This document shows positions 46,646 through 55,356 of a stretch of DNA of 64,000 bases, in pieces. How positions within the stretch are numbered: the stretch's first letter is position 1; each line of letters starts with the position of its first letter. This DNA is from a virus (Duplodnaviria > Heunggongvirae > Uroviricota > Caudoviricetes). Both the position numbers and the translations under genes were made by a program. The stretch is from positions 833 to 64,832 of IMG/VR virus record IMGVR_UViG_3300027710_001079; one strand, given 5' to 3'. Under the pieces are notes generated by a model, which was given only the letters and a program-made list of their open reading frames with translations, did not search any database and had not been told where the DNA came from.

Positions 46646-48269
46646 CTTGCAGTCCTTCTTCTAGAGCACGTAAATCATCATCATCTGGATTAACTAAATC
46701 AACTTCTTCTGCTTTAGTAACTTCTTCAATTTCGAAGAATGAGTTAAAAGTATTCTGCTTAGGACCGCCTTGTAGACGAGCACCTTCTAAGCTACGAAGG
46801 AAAGGACCAGCTTGCTCAATTAACGCAAACGCTTCATCTTTAGTAGCAGTATTAAACAGCTCTTCGACAAATGTGCTAAAGTACAAAATGTTACGAGGAA
46901 CCCAATCTGAATACTCGTCACTCATGTCGCTTGATTTAACTTTCTTCCAATGTTTCCAATTAATTCTATCTTTAGTTTTTGCAATCTCAATATCCATTAA
47001 TTGTTGAGCACGTTGAACAGCAACAATATGACATTCAACATTATGTCCCATCATTAGGGCATATGCAAAGCTATCCCAAGATGTTTTGTTAGGAATCTTA
47101 CCTAGTTTGTTAAGCCTAGGCACAATATGATAGTGTTCTGGATTCAAGTGATCAAACTTAACATCACCTAACTCTGTATCAGACTTTCTTTCGCCTAGAT
47201 CATAATAGGCGATGTCTTTCATTGTTAGACGTTTTCCGATTGTTGACTCGAATGGGAACGGGATGTCTGATCCTGAAAGTGCTTTGTTATCTGGGGCTTT
47301 GTCCATAATAACACTCCACCTTTTTGGCGTGTGGACTGCGTTTGTGTAGACGAGGCCGTGTGCTGTTGCGATGAACGGTGAGGCACAGTCAAAAGATATG
47401 GTAAGCTCTTCATTAATATGTTTCCTAATTTGTCGTTGAATTAACGTTAAGTAACAACTCCAGTCAAGTTGTGCTGTACCCAAGAAGTGGATCCAGTTTT
47501 TGCCCTTCAGCAAACCATCTTCACGCAAGGTCATAAGACGCTTGAGTGTAATATCCATCTTGCACATGTTAGCACCACCAAAGGCCCAACCTTCTGCTTC
47601 ACGCCCTGCATACTTGCCTGCCGGGTCGCTAAATTCTTTTACACCATTATACCACTTCTCAGCAGTTTCCCAATCTGAACCTTGTAAGACATTAAGCCAT
47701 TTAGTATTGCCTAATCTGTTCATTAGGAAGTAATCGTTATTGTAACGAGTCTTATCTAAGCAGTCATCGAATGTTTTTAATCCGGTCTTTGGACTGTGAA
47801 TATGATCACAGGCCCAGGTTGGAACGTCTAACATCATAGACCAATCGGCTGTTAGCTCAAGCCATTCTAAAATACTTTGACGTGTCTTAGTTGCAGCAGG
47901 ACCTTCAAAGTTTAACCAGTCAAACTTAAGAACACCTTTACCAATTTGGTATCCGCCGGAGTCTCCCAGAATCATTGTATTCCCGCGATCACGTTGTTGG
48001 ATCATTGACTCCTGCGTTATACTCTTATTCAAGTCTAACTGTGCGTGACCCGCAGAGTATAGACCGTACTTGTATGTGAAATATCCTTGTTCAGGATTTA
48101 AAAAGTTCATACCTTCAATGCCGCGATCAAAGCCGGCGGGAATACGATCTTTGGGAACGAACTCTTCTAGGCGTTGCTTGGCAACATAGGTACTATAGAA
48201 ACTACTAATTGCAGGTAGGTATACTGCGTAGTCCTTTTGTAGTGGGGTTAAATTAACTTGTTGTTTCAT
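46635..48269 (-). CDS. dpdA: TGT-fold 7-deazaguanine DNA transglycosylase, DpdA-like
   Basis: TGT motifs GDSGGYQ, MMLDVP, NVLQG, GWAFGG, HFLG, ISFDCASP and HN; clustered with folE and queE and next to replication genes. Confidence 0.75.
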   Translation of the reverse strand: MKQQVNLTPLQKDYAVYLPAISSFYSTYVAKQRLEEFVPKDRIPAGFDRGIEGMNFLNPEQGYFTYKYGLYSAGHAQLDLNKSITQESMIQQRDRGNTMILGDSGGYQIGKGVLKFDWLNFEGPAATKTRQSILEWLELTADWSMMLDVPTWACDHIHSPKTGLKTFDDCLDKTRYNNDYFLMNRLGNTKWLNVLQGSDWETAEKWYNGVKEFSDPAGKYAGREAEGWAFGGANMCKMDITLKRLMTLREDGLLKGKNWIHFLGTAQLDWSCYLTLIQRQIRKHINEELTISFDCASPFIATAHGLVYTNAVHTPKRWSVIMDKAPDNKALSGSDIPFPFESTIGKRLTMKDIAYYDLGERKSDTELGDVKFDHLNPEHYHIVPRLNKLGKIPNKTSWDSFAYALMMGHNVECHIVAVQRAQQLMDIEIAKTKDRINWKHWKKVKSSDMSDEYSDWVPRNILYFSTFVEELFNTATKDEAFALIEQAGPFLRSLEGARLQGGPKQNTFNSFFEIEEVTKAEEVDLVNPDDDDLRALEEGLQDES

Positions 48270-48621
48270 GTTCTTTACTTAATATTATTGTAGCATCTAA
48301 TTGTATCTTTGCCTTCTTTAAATTATCCAAGGCAATATTAATAGCAGGATGTTCTTTAGCTAACGCTTCGATTTGAAACTCTTCGTCTCGCTTCCTTCGA
48401 GCCCAATCGAGTAATGCTTCTGCCTCAGTAGTCATTGATACACTAGCATAGGTTGTTGATAACTCTTTCCATGATGAACCGTCGTATACTTCCATGTTAC
48501 AACTAGAGGTATTGTATCGCAACATTCCTGCTGATTGACTTCCAGGAGGAACGTATGTGCTTATAGGACTACCTCCAGTTACCTGAAGGTATCTTCCGGA
48601 ATGAGTTATCCCTTTTATCAT
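48253..48621 (-). CDS. hypothetical phage protein
   Basis: 122-aa ORF overlapping both neighbours. Confidence 0.65.
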   Translation of the reverse strand: MIKGITHSGRYLQVTGGSPISTYVPPGSQSAGMLRYNTSSCNMEVYDGSSWKELSTTYASVSMTTEAEALLDWARRKRDEEFQIEALAKEHPAINIALDNLKKAKIQLDATIILSKEHETTS

Positions 48622-49352
48622 GCCTGTGCTGGAATAATATATTTGTAAGTAGCAAGGCCGCTATCTAATGTAATCTGCATAGCACCTTCGTTACTGAAAC
48701 TTACTTTAGCATTATTAGCGTCTGCAATTTTAAGAATGCTCAACACACTTTGTACAGGCCATGTCCAACCTTTATTTAGGTTGCCAACAACACCTGTTGC
48801 AAAAATAAATTCACCACCGTGTGTGCTTTGATCTCCAAAGGTAAACTTTAAATTACCATTTTCGGTCTTTGCCAAGAAAGTAGTGTGTTCGTTGTTAGCA
48901 GCCGCTTGGAACTGAAAACGTTGTACACTTTGAACGCTAGGCTCAATCTCAACATCCCACTTGACACCGCGAAACTTCACAGTCTTCAACTTTTCGTTAA
49001 TAATGTCAGTATTCATAAAACGATAATCGTTTTTGAAGTCCTTTGTTTTATTCTCAAAGTGCAAACCAGTTGGAATAGTATCTCCGTTGCGGTCTGCGGT
49101 AGTAACTTCAATCTTAGCATCTTCTTTGTACTCTGGGCAATCTAACAGATACTTTAGCTTGTTCATTTGCGGCATACCGAACACACCTACCATGTCTGGA
49201 TATGGATTTGCTGTTTCAGCATACATGATAACCGAACGGTCATCTGCCATACTGTCAACGCTAGTCTTCTTTGCGTCTCCAGTAATTTTCACAATATTTA
49301 GGAAGCCAAGGTTATGTGTGTGACCTACGATGTCTTGAAGAATGTCTTTCAT
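48618..49352 (-). CDS. probable DNA polymerase sliding clamp (gp45/PCNA-like)
   Basis: 244 aa, directly downstream of polB; C-terminal ITLDSGLATYKYIIPA resembles clamp C-termini. Confidence 0.55.
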   Translation of the reverse strand: MKDILQDIVGHTHNLGFLNIVKITGDAKKTSVDSMADDRSVIMYAETANPYPDMVGVFGMPQMNKLKYLLDCPEYKEDAKIEVTTADRNGDTIPTGLHFENKTKDFKNDYRFMNTDIINEKLKTVKFRGVKWDVEIEPSVQSVQRFQFQAAANNEHTTFLAKTENGNLKFTFGDQSTHGGEFIFATGVVGNLNKGWTWPVQSVLSILKIADANNAKVSFSNEGAMQITLDSGLATYKYIIPAQA

Positions 49353-49369
49353 TTTAAATCCTTTTGTTT

Positions 49370-49398
49370 AGTATATTTAGAAATTTGTATAATGTCAA
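49370..49398 (-). promoter_or_regulatory. sigma70 promoter overlapping a TAAATA late motif upstream of the clamp gene
   Basis: TTGACA-17 nt-TATACT; TAAATA at 49374-49379. Confidence 0.8.
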
Positions 49399-49405
49399 AT
49401 AAATT

Positions 49406-52075
49406 TTATTCAAAGCTGAATAAACTGCCGAATGTGTTGTTCTGGGTAGTAGATTCTAAGTCCCACTCTAGAACTCCAATTAAGTTGTCTAACTTGTTGT
49501 TGATAATAGTAGCTTCCATTTCGCTATGATCGAACGGAAGTTCTTGGAACCATTTTGGTAAACGCATTTCGTCAACTGGATATGCAATTGAAGTATACCC
49601 TAATGGATTGTCTTTCATCTTGCACACAATAACTTTCATACCGTCTACGATGCCCATTGAGTACTTGTCACCGTTCATACGTTTCAAAGTATTCCAGTTA
49701 ATACTAGCACGAACATGTCCTGGCATGTTAGTCCTGCCTGCTTTGACTTCTTTGGCTTGATATTCTGCAATGTTATTTGCACGTTTAGGACTGCCTTTTT
49801 CCCAACCGGGCCTTTGTTTAAATTCACTTCGGAACTCACCGATGCGTTCTAGAATCTCTTCTTCCTGGGCATTATTAAGCACCTTGGTTAGAATTTCTTC
49901 TAAGAACTTTTGCATAAATTCAGGAGTATCACTGCGTTTCAAATCTAAGCCCATAGCTTTGATCTTACCTGGCTTACCATCTACATCGCTACGCTTGCCT
50001 TCTTTGTCATAATACAAAACAGCATAACGCTTCTTAGTAATGAACAGGCCTTTGATAGCAACAATTTCACGACCAGCTTTGATAACATCTCCTCGAGTTT
50101 TCGGGCAGTGGAAGTCGTCTAACATAAATTGTGGAAATGTGCCATTTACTTCTTCGGAGATAGTGTCGTATAGTTGAACAACGACTTCTTTGTTCCAGGG
50201 TATTTGCCCCTTATTAATCTCGTTTTTTAAGGTTGTGTAAGCTGAAAAGTATACAGAATCTGTATCACCGTATATGATACTTTTGCCAGTATAGTTGTAC
50301 TCACCAGTAACTACTTCATTTACTTTCGCAGCCATATGCCTGGCGATCCGTCGACCAGTAAGAGTTGTGGATTGCCCAATACGATTATCAAAGAACCTAC
50401 AACCAGCGTTAAGAATAGCACCGTATAGGCTATTGAGGTTAATCTTTTTAACCAGCTGTCTTTTATCCCAATATTCTTCTTCAACTTTATTCCCCGATGC
50501 AATACATTCTTTTAATTTTGCCTGCATTTCTTTACGTTCGGCATACCAACGTTTTAACAATCCGGGAATGATCCCTTCTTTCTCATAGGTAAAGATAGTA
50601 CCGTTTGCTGAGATTACCCAAGGCTGATTGCTTTCAAAAATCAGTTCATAGATTTGAGCACCGCTCAGTATATCAACTCTGCCATCTTCCCAGTCGACAG
50701 TGATATCAGTTGCACGATCCTTTGACATAACAAGTTCGTATTCATTACTGCCAAACTTACCTTCCCATGAAGCTGCAAAGCTAGAACCTTTATTCATCTT
50801 ACCTTCGATTTCGGTCTTAGTATAAGATTGGCGTAACTGTCCAACAATAGTTTCTGGACCCATGTTCAACGCACGAATAGCAGACGGATACAATGAGTTA
50901 ATGTCCATTGATCCGATCCAGTCATGCAATCCTTTTTTAGGATATGCAACATACGCCCCTGCGGCTTGTGTTTCTAAATCTTCATCACGTTTAGGACGAC
51001 CCGGAACAATCAATCCGCGGTGATGAGCTTCGTTTACAATTGCCTGTTCAGTAACAGCTACCGCACCCATTGTGGTCTGTAATAGTACAGTACACTCGTG
51101 TGCTAGTGTGTTAGCTAAGTCAATGAACTTTAATTTATTGTCTAGCTTATTCAACAATGCTGTATCTTGTCTATTGTATTCGATGAACTTGCGAAAGTCA
51201 TTGTTATACAATTGATCCAAGGTACCTTCGTATTGCGTCTTACTCTCACCTACTTCCATCTCTCCGATGGCATCCAATCTATAGGTGTGTCGCTCTTCAT
51301 AGGTGTACTTGCGGTACAACTCGAGACTGTCCAGATGAACGCGACCAACCAAGTCATAAGTAATAGCTTTTTTTCCATACTTCTCGTACTCTCTTTTCTT
51401 AGGGAACTGATCCCATAGACACAACCTACGAGTATCTTCTTTACTAAGAACTTTAATGATGCGGTTAACAGTGTAAGGCATATCATATCCTTCACTATTC
51501 CATCCGCTCAAAATATCCGCATCTTGAATCAGGCCTAGGAATGTTTCTAACATTTCATATTCTGTTTCAAACAGCATGGTGTTAGGAAAGTCTTTTACTT
51601 GCTCCTTTGCCTGCTCCATTGTCAGCGTCTTGGGCGGAACTGCAAGACATACTAATGTATCTAACCATTGCAAGTGGACAGAAATTGCAGTAATTGGCAT
51701 AAACGCATCTTCAGGAGTGCTGTAACCGCGTTCTGGATCAAAGTCTACCTCAATATCCCAAAATGCTACATTGAGCTTAGGAGCATCTTTGCCTAAATAG
51801 TTTTCTTCTAGGCATCGGAATACAGGATTAATATCATTTTCAAAGAGTTTTTTTCCTGAGTGAATTCGTGTTTCTTTTTGGAACTCTTTGTAATTTTTGA
51901 CAGAAACTTTACTTAGTGGATCACCGTAAATTGAACGGTATTTTCCTTTAGCGTCTGGGTAGTATAATACATATTTGGCAGGATAATCTTGAAAGATTCT
52001 GCCTTTCTTTGGATCACGCTCAACGACGCGAATAACGTCCTTGTCGCGATCCCACATTGAATCGACGTAGCTCAT
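49406..52075 (-). CDS. family B DNA polymerase (T4 gp43-like)
   Basis: Exonuclease motifs WDIEVD, GWNSEGYD, YNRQD; polymerase motifs SMDINSLYPS, KINLNSLYG, YGDTDS, KKRY. Confidence 0.97.
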   Translation of the reverse strand: MSYVDSMWDRDKDVIRVVERDPKKGRIFQDYPAKYVLYYPDAKGKYRSIYGDPLSKVSVKNYKEFQKETRIHSGKKLFENDINPVFRCLEENYLGKDAPKLNVAFWDIEVDFDPERGYSTPEDAFMPITAISVHLQWLDTLVCLAVPPKTLTMEQAKEQVKDFPNTMLFETEYEMLETFLGLIQDADILSGWNSEGYDMPYTVNRIIKVLSKEDTRRLCLWDQFPKKREYEKYGKKAITYDLVGRVHLDSLELYRKYTYEERHTYRLDAIGEMEVGESKTQYEGTLDQLYNNDFRKFIEYNRQDTALLNKLDNKLKFIDLANTLAHECTVLLQTTMGAVAVTEQAIVNEAHHRGLIVPGRPKRDEDLETQAAGAYVAYPKKGLHDWIGSMDINSLYPSAIRALNMGPETIVGQLRQSYTKTEIEGKMNKGSSFAASWEGKFGSNEYELVMSKDRATDITVDWEDGRVDILSGAQIYELIFESNQPWVISANGTIFTYEKEGIIPGLLKRWYAERKEMQAKLKECIASGNKVEEEYWDKRQLVKKINLNSLYGAILNAGCRFFDNRIGQSTTLTGRRIARHMAAKVNEVVTGEYNYTGKSIIYGDTDSVYFSAYTTLKNEINKGQIPWNKEVVVQLYDTISEEVNGTFPQFMLDDFHCPKTRGDVIKAGREIVAIKGLFITKKRYAVLYYDKEGKRSDVDGKPGKIKAMGLDLKRSDTPEFMQKFLEEILTKVLNNAQEEEILERIGEFRSEFKQRPGWEKGSPKRANNIAEYQAKEVKAGRTNMPGHVRASINWNTLKRMNGDKYSMGIVDGMKVIVCKMKDNPLGYTSIAYPVDEMRLPKWFQELPFDHSEMEATIINNKLDNLIGVLEWDLESTTQNNTFGSLFSFE

Positions 52076-52080
52076 TTTTT

Positions 52081-52133
52081 CTCCTTTGTAGTTTGTGGCC
52101 TACAAATACCAACCGGATCATTTATGGCTGATC
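52081..52133 (-). promoter_or_regulatory. twin hairpins abutting the polymerase RBS (putative translational operator)
   Basis: GATCA-GCCATAAA-TGATC and TTTGTAG-GCCACAAA-CTACAAA, followed by GGAG and the ATG. Confidence 0.65.
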
Positions 52134-52144
52134 AAACCTTTCTC

Positions 52145-52432
52145 TTATATATTTAATAGTCTAACGTAACCGATAATATCTATAGTGACTAACAATAGAT
52201 AATTTGCTACCATGCCAGTACTCTTGCGAGTCCAAGCAGCCCATCCAAATATTGCACATTGTAAAATGAATATAGGATACAGATAGAAAAATAAGGGATC
52301 AGTTGCTCCTGCTGCCAATGTCAGCGAGCAACCAAGACTCATTAACCAGGCAGCAATTTCTAATGAAAACCGTGTCGGCCATTCTCGATAATCAGTCCTT
52401 GCCCAATTATATATTCTTTGGATAAACTCCAT
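52145..52432 (-). CDS. small membrane protein (about 3 TM helices)
   Basis: Three hydrophobic stretches in 95 aa. Confidence 0.65.
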   Translation of the reverse strand: MEFIQRIYNWARTDYREWPTRFSLEIAAWLMSLGCSLTLAAGATDPLFFYLYPIFILQCAIFGWAAWTRKSTGMVANYLLLVTIDIIGYVRLLNI

Positions 52433-52701
52433 TAGTCTTCCTTACGGAAGCTGTGGCCGCTAATATCAACAATAGTTTCCAAATCATCAAACTCACGGAA
52501 TACTTGATCCCATGTATCTTTTTGTGCAATCTTGATAGCCTTCTTGATAACGCTTGGCTTGACTTCAAGTTCCTCTGCAACAGCTTTGATTGTTTCATTC
52601 AAACCTTCTGTTAGGTCTTGAATTTCCTGCATAACTGTCATACCTTCTGCGACAATCTGCTTAATCTTTGCTTGCTCTGGGGCACCGAATGCTTTTGACA
52701 T
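52432..52701 (-). CDS. dsDNA-binding protein, T4 DsbA/GapR-like
   Basis: 89-aa helical protein: KIKQIVAEG...EIQDLTEGLNETIKAVAEELEVKPSVIKKAIKIA. Confidence 0.55.
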   Translation of the reverse strand: MSKAFGAPEQAKIKQIVAEGMTVMQEIQDLTEGLNETIKAVAEELEVKPSVIKKAIKIAQKDTWDQVFREFDDLETIVDISGHSFRKED

Positions 52702-52724
52702 AAATTAATCTCCTGTGAACATTA

Positions 52725-52753
52725 AGTATATACTAATGCGAATACAGTGTCAA
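52725..52753 (-). promoter_or_regulatory. sigma70 promoter heading the replication operon
   Basis: TTGACA-17 nt-TATACT followed by an AGGAGA RBS. Confidence 0.85.
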
Positions 52754-52757
52754 ACTT

Positions 52758-53393
52758 TTATTCGTAAGTTACTGTATCAGAGTCGCCCAATCGCCATTTG
52801 GGGTTTGTTTCCACAACCCATTTTTTAGTAGCAACTTTGAAATCTGGAAAAAGCATTTCTTTGGGGTTACTGGCGGCATCAAAAAATCTACAACGGTTAT
52901 TGGGCTGTGCTGCATATTGTCCGTTGGCTAACTGTATAAAGTTAAAGCTCTTGTGATCCTCCGGCCATTCACTGTAGCCGGTATCTATTGTGTTAAGATC
53001 TGGACTAGCATTGTCCACTGTAAACATATAGTCGCCCTTGTGTAGTTGACGATCTTTGGCATAAAACTCGCAGGATAGATTGCGTAGAAATGCCTTTTGT
53101 ATCACAGCAATGTCATAACTGAAACAGTCCCAGATCTGTAGTGTGTCAAGTGGTAAAAACTTATCTGGCTCTAGGTCAGTGTTTCTGCTCACGTAGGCGT
53201 GTAGGGGTAGTTTATCATACAGAGCACCGTATCTGGGCAAATAACTTTCAATACGAAATGCTTGACTACGTAAGCTCTTTATTGATACCCATATACAAGG
53301 TTCGTATTCGCCGTGTCCAGATTTAAAATCATATAAAAATTCTCGACGTACGAAACAATGTACCGGCGGCAAGTTAGCAACTAAGAAACTCAT
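52758..53393 (-). CDS. conserved hypothetical phage protein
   Basis: 211-aa ORF; GALYDKLP, WDCFS, GQYAAQPNNR. Confidence 0.7.
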   Translation of the reverse strand: MSFLVANLPPVHCFVRREFLYDFKSGHGEYEPCIWVSIKSLRSQAFRIESYLPRYGALYDKLPLHAYVSRNTDLEPDKFLPLDTLQIWDCFSYDIAVIQKAFLRNLSCEFYAKDRQLHKGDYMFTVDNASPDLNTIDTGYSEWPEDHKSFNFIQLANGQYAAQPNNRCRFFDAASNPKEMLFPDFKVATKKWVVETNPKWRLGDSDTVTYE

Positions 53394-53394
53394 G

Positions 53395-53811
53395 TTATTC
53401 TTCTAGATTAACAGCGTCGGTATTAAAAAATTCTGGATTTGCTTTGTTAAACTTACGCATCACAATACCGGCTAACTCGTGTGCTTGATTTTCCTCAGGA
53501 CTACCTGTAGCACCTGCACCAGGCTGTAGACCAGTTTCTTCGTTTTGTTTGTAATGCACCATTTCGTGTGCCAGTGTTCTTAGAATGTCTAATGGATGCC
53601 TATCTTCGATTGCAATATTGATTATTTTAGTTTCGCTATTGAAACTTCCAAAACTAGGCTGATCGTCTACACTGCCAATGCGTAAATGCATTTTGATCTT
53701 TGGAACAGTTTTTAATTTAAGTTCGTTGACTGCAAAGGGAAGGAACTCCTGAAGTATTTTCATAAAATCAGGTTTTGAATTTACATTCTCTAATAAGTCT
53801 ATGATTTTCAT
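53395..53811 (-). CDS. HExxH zinc metallopeptidase-like protein, probable head-internal
   Basis: RTLAHEMVHYKQ...ENQAH; N-terminus MKIIDLLE. Confidence 0.7.
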   Translation of the reverse strand: MKIIDLLENVNSKPDFMKILQEFLPFAVNELKLKTVPKIKMHLRIGSVDDQPSFGSFNSETKIINIAIEDRHPLDILRTLAHEMVHYKQNEETGLQPGAGATGSPEENQAHELAGIVMRKFNKANPEFFNTDAVNLEE

Positions 53812-54713
53812 TACTTGATAATTCTACGATCCAGTGCTGCCCATAGACGAGATTCGTAAGCAGGCTCTTTGTTTTTATGCTTAGTGTCGCCTTGCTTTTG
53901 GGCTTTCTTTTTATCTTTGTGAGCACCAGCACCGCTTTGCACAGCATTCTTGGCCACAAAGTTTCGAGGTTTAACTGTGTGTTTCACAGCACGTACACCT
54001 TTCTTATTTTCTTCAACTGGCTTTTCTTTTAATTTACTGCGAGCCTGCATCTTAGACATTTTGTAAGTTGATTGGAATTCTTCGTCACTCATTGTGCGTA
54101 GATCCATTAGGATCTCTTTAACTCCGCCCTCTTTGATACTTTCTTTTTTGTGGCTCTTATAACCCTTGTTTTTCATGGACCATGCTAGTGCATATGGATT
54201 ATCAATATCATCATGCTTCTTCATAGCCTTAACAGTCTTTTCCCATCCTGGCGGTGCAACTTCTGCTACTGCACTTTCTTTTGGCACACAGTTAGGAACT
54301 TGTTTTCCGCCCTTTTTCTTCATGCCAATTTGCTTATAGTCTTTCCAACATGTTTCGTCTAATTCGCCCTCCGCTACACCTTGCCCTAACACTTGACGAA
54401 CTAATAGTTCAGGAGCAAAATCCATGTCACCGGCTAGTTCTCTTGCTGCCGACAGCACTGCTTGTCTAGTTGGCTGTAATCTTTTTTCTTCTACATCTCT
54501 ACGAAGTTTCATTATGAGAGATTGTGCATCATATCCCAAATCTCTAACGCCTTCCGCAGTGTTAGTTTCTTGGAACAGCTTTCCGCTATCAAGAGCATTG
54601 TCTGTAGGCTTTTGTCGTCTAATCATCTTGCCAGCCTTGCTAGGTGCAGTTGCTACAGAGCTTGTGCTCATTCCGCCTACGCTTGCAGATTCTAAAATTT
54701 GTATGATTCTCAT
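53811..54713 (-). CDS. probable head-internal modular protein
   Basis: N-terminus MRIIQILE; short basic modules separated by [IVL]-x-E sites. Confidence 0.6.
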   Translation of the reverse strand: MRIIQILESASVGGMSTSSVATAPSKAGKMIRRQKPTDNALDSGKLFQETNTAEGVRDLGYDAQSLIMKLRRDVEEKRLQPTRQAVLSAARELAGDMDFAPELLVRQVLGQGVAEGELDETCWKDYKQIGMKKKGGKQVPNCVPKESAVAEVAPPGWEKTVKAMKKHDDIDNPYALAWSMKNKGYKSHKKESIKEGGVKEILMDLRTMSDEEFQSTYKMSKMQARSKLKEKPVEENKKGVRAVKHTVKPRNFVAKNAVQSGAGAHKDKKKAQKQGDTKHKNKEPAYESRLWAALDRRIIK

Positions 54714-55081
54714 TTTGTTAATTTATTCCTATCAGGAACGGGCCCGTATATGTTTGTAGAGTCTAACTCGTCACTATTCATGTCACCGTGATTCATATCT
54801 TCATAACTCGCACCGGCAGCTTTGTAGGCTGCTTTTAGCATGTCTGCTTCTACTTGTGTGTAAGGATGTGCAGTCTTCTTTTTACCTGCCCAACTTTTTG
54901 AATCAATGTCTAACTTATTCTTTCCATCGCTCATTGCCGCTGCCATACCAACTCTAAAACTGACGTATCCGCTATCTGCTTTTTCAGAATCAGAATAACG
55001 ATGCAGTCCCCGTGTGGATTGCTGCTGACGCTTAGTCAGCTTGCCGTTAGTTCTTTCAGCGATGAATTCTTTTGCTCTCAT
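54710..55081 (-). CDS. probable head-internal protein
   Basis: N-terminus MRAKEFIAE resembles the T4 capsid-targeting sequence MKTYQEFIAE; TAAATA just upstream. Confidence 0.6.
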   Translation of the reverse strand: MRAKEFIAERTNGKLTKRQQQSTRGLHRYSDSEKADSGYVSFRVGMAAAMSDGKNKLDIDSKSWAGKKKTAHPYTQVEADMLKAAYKAAGASYEDMNHGDMNSDELDSTNIYGPVPDRNKLTK

Positions 55082-55089
55082 AGTGTTAT

Positions 55090-55356
55090 TTATTTTTTAC
55101 CAAACCAAAGTTCGAACCAAGCCGGCGTACCCGGTTTAATTCCCTGTTCACGCATTATGCGAGCATTTTCGTTACCATGTTGACTATGTAGCGGTATATC
55201 TCTTTTTGTCAAGTATTCACGCATACGCTGTTCTGCACCTAACTCTCCTAGCCAGTTACTAGATTGTAGTGCATGTACAGGATCATCTGGGCTTAGAGCA
55301 CAGTCTGGATCAGTTGAAGCATCTACAGGGAATCCTGCTATTCGATATTGTTTCAT
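55090..55356 (-). CDS. hypothetical phage protein
   Basis: 88-aa ORF coupled to the upstream stop (ATGA); IKPGTPAWFELWF. Confidence 0.65.
   Translation of the reverse strand: MKQYRIAGFPVDASTDPDCALSPDDPVHALQSSNWLGELGAEQRMREYLTKRDIPLHSQHGNENARIMREQGIKPGTPAWFELWFGKK

Noticed and set aside
46635-48269. Calling the TGT-fold gene a canonical tRNA-guanine transglycosylase (tgt)
   Set aside because: It is longer and divergent, lacks the CxCxxC zinc site, and sits next to replication genes. A DNA-acting DpdA-like role is more likely, though tRNA activity is not excluded.
49406-52075. Intron, intein or split in the DNA polymerase
   Set aside because: A contiguous 889-aa ORF contains all motifs at normal spacing.
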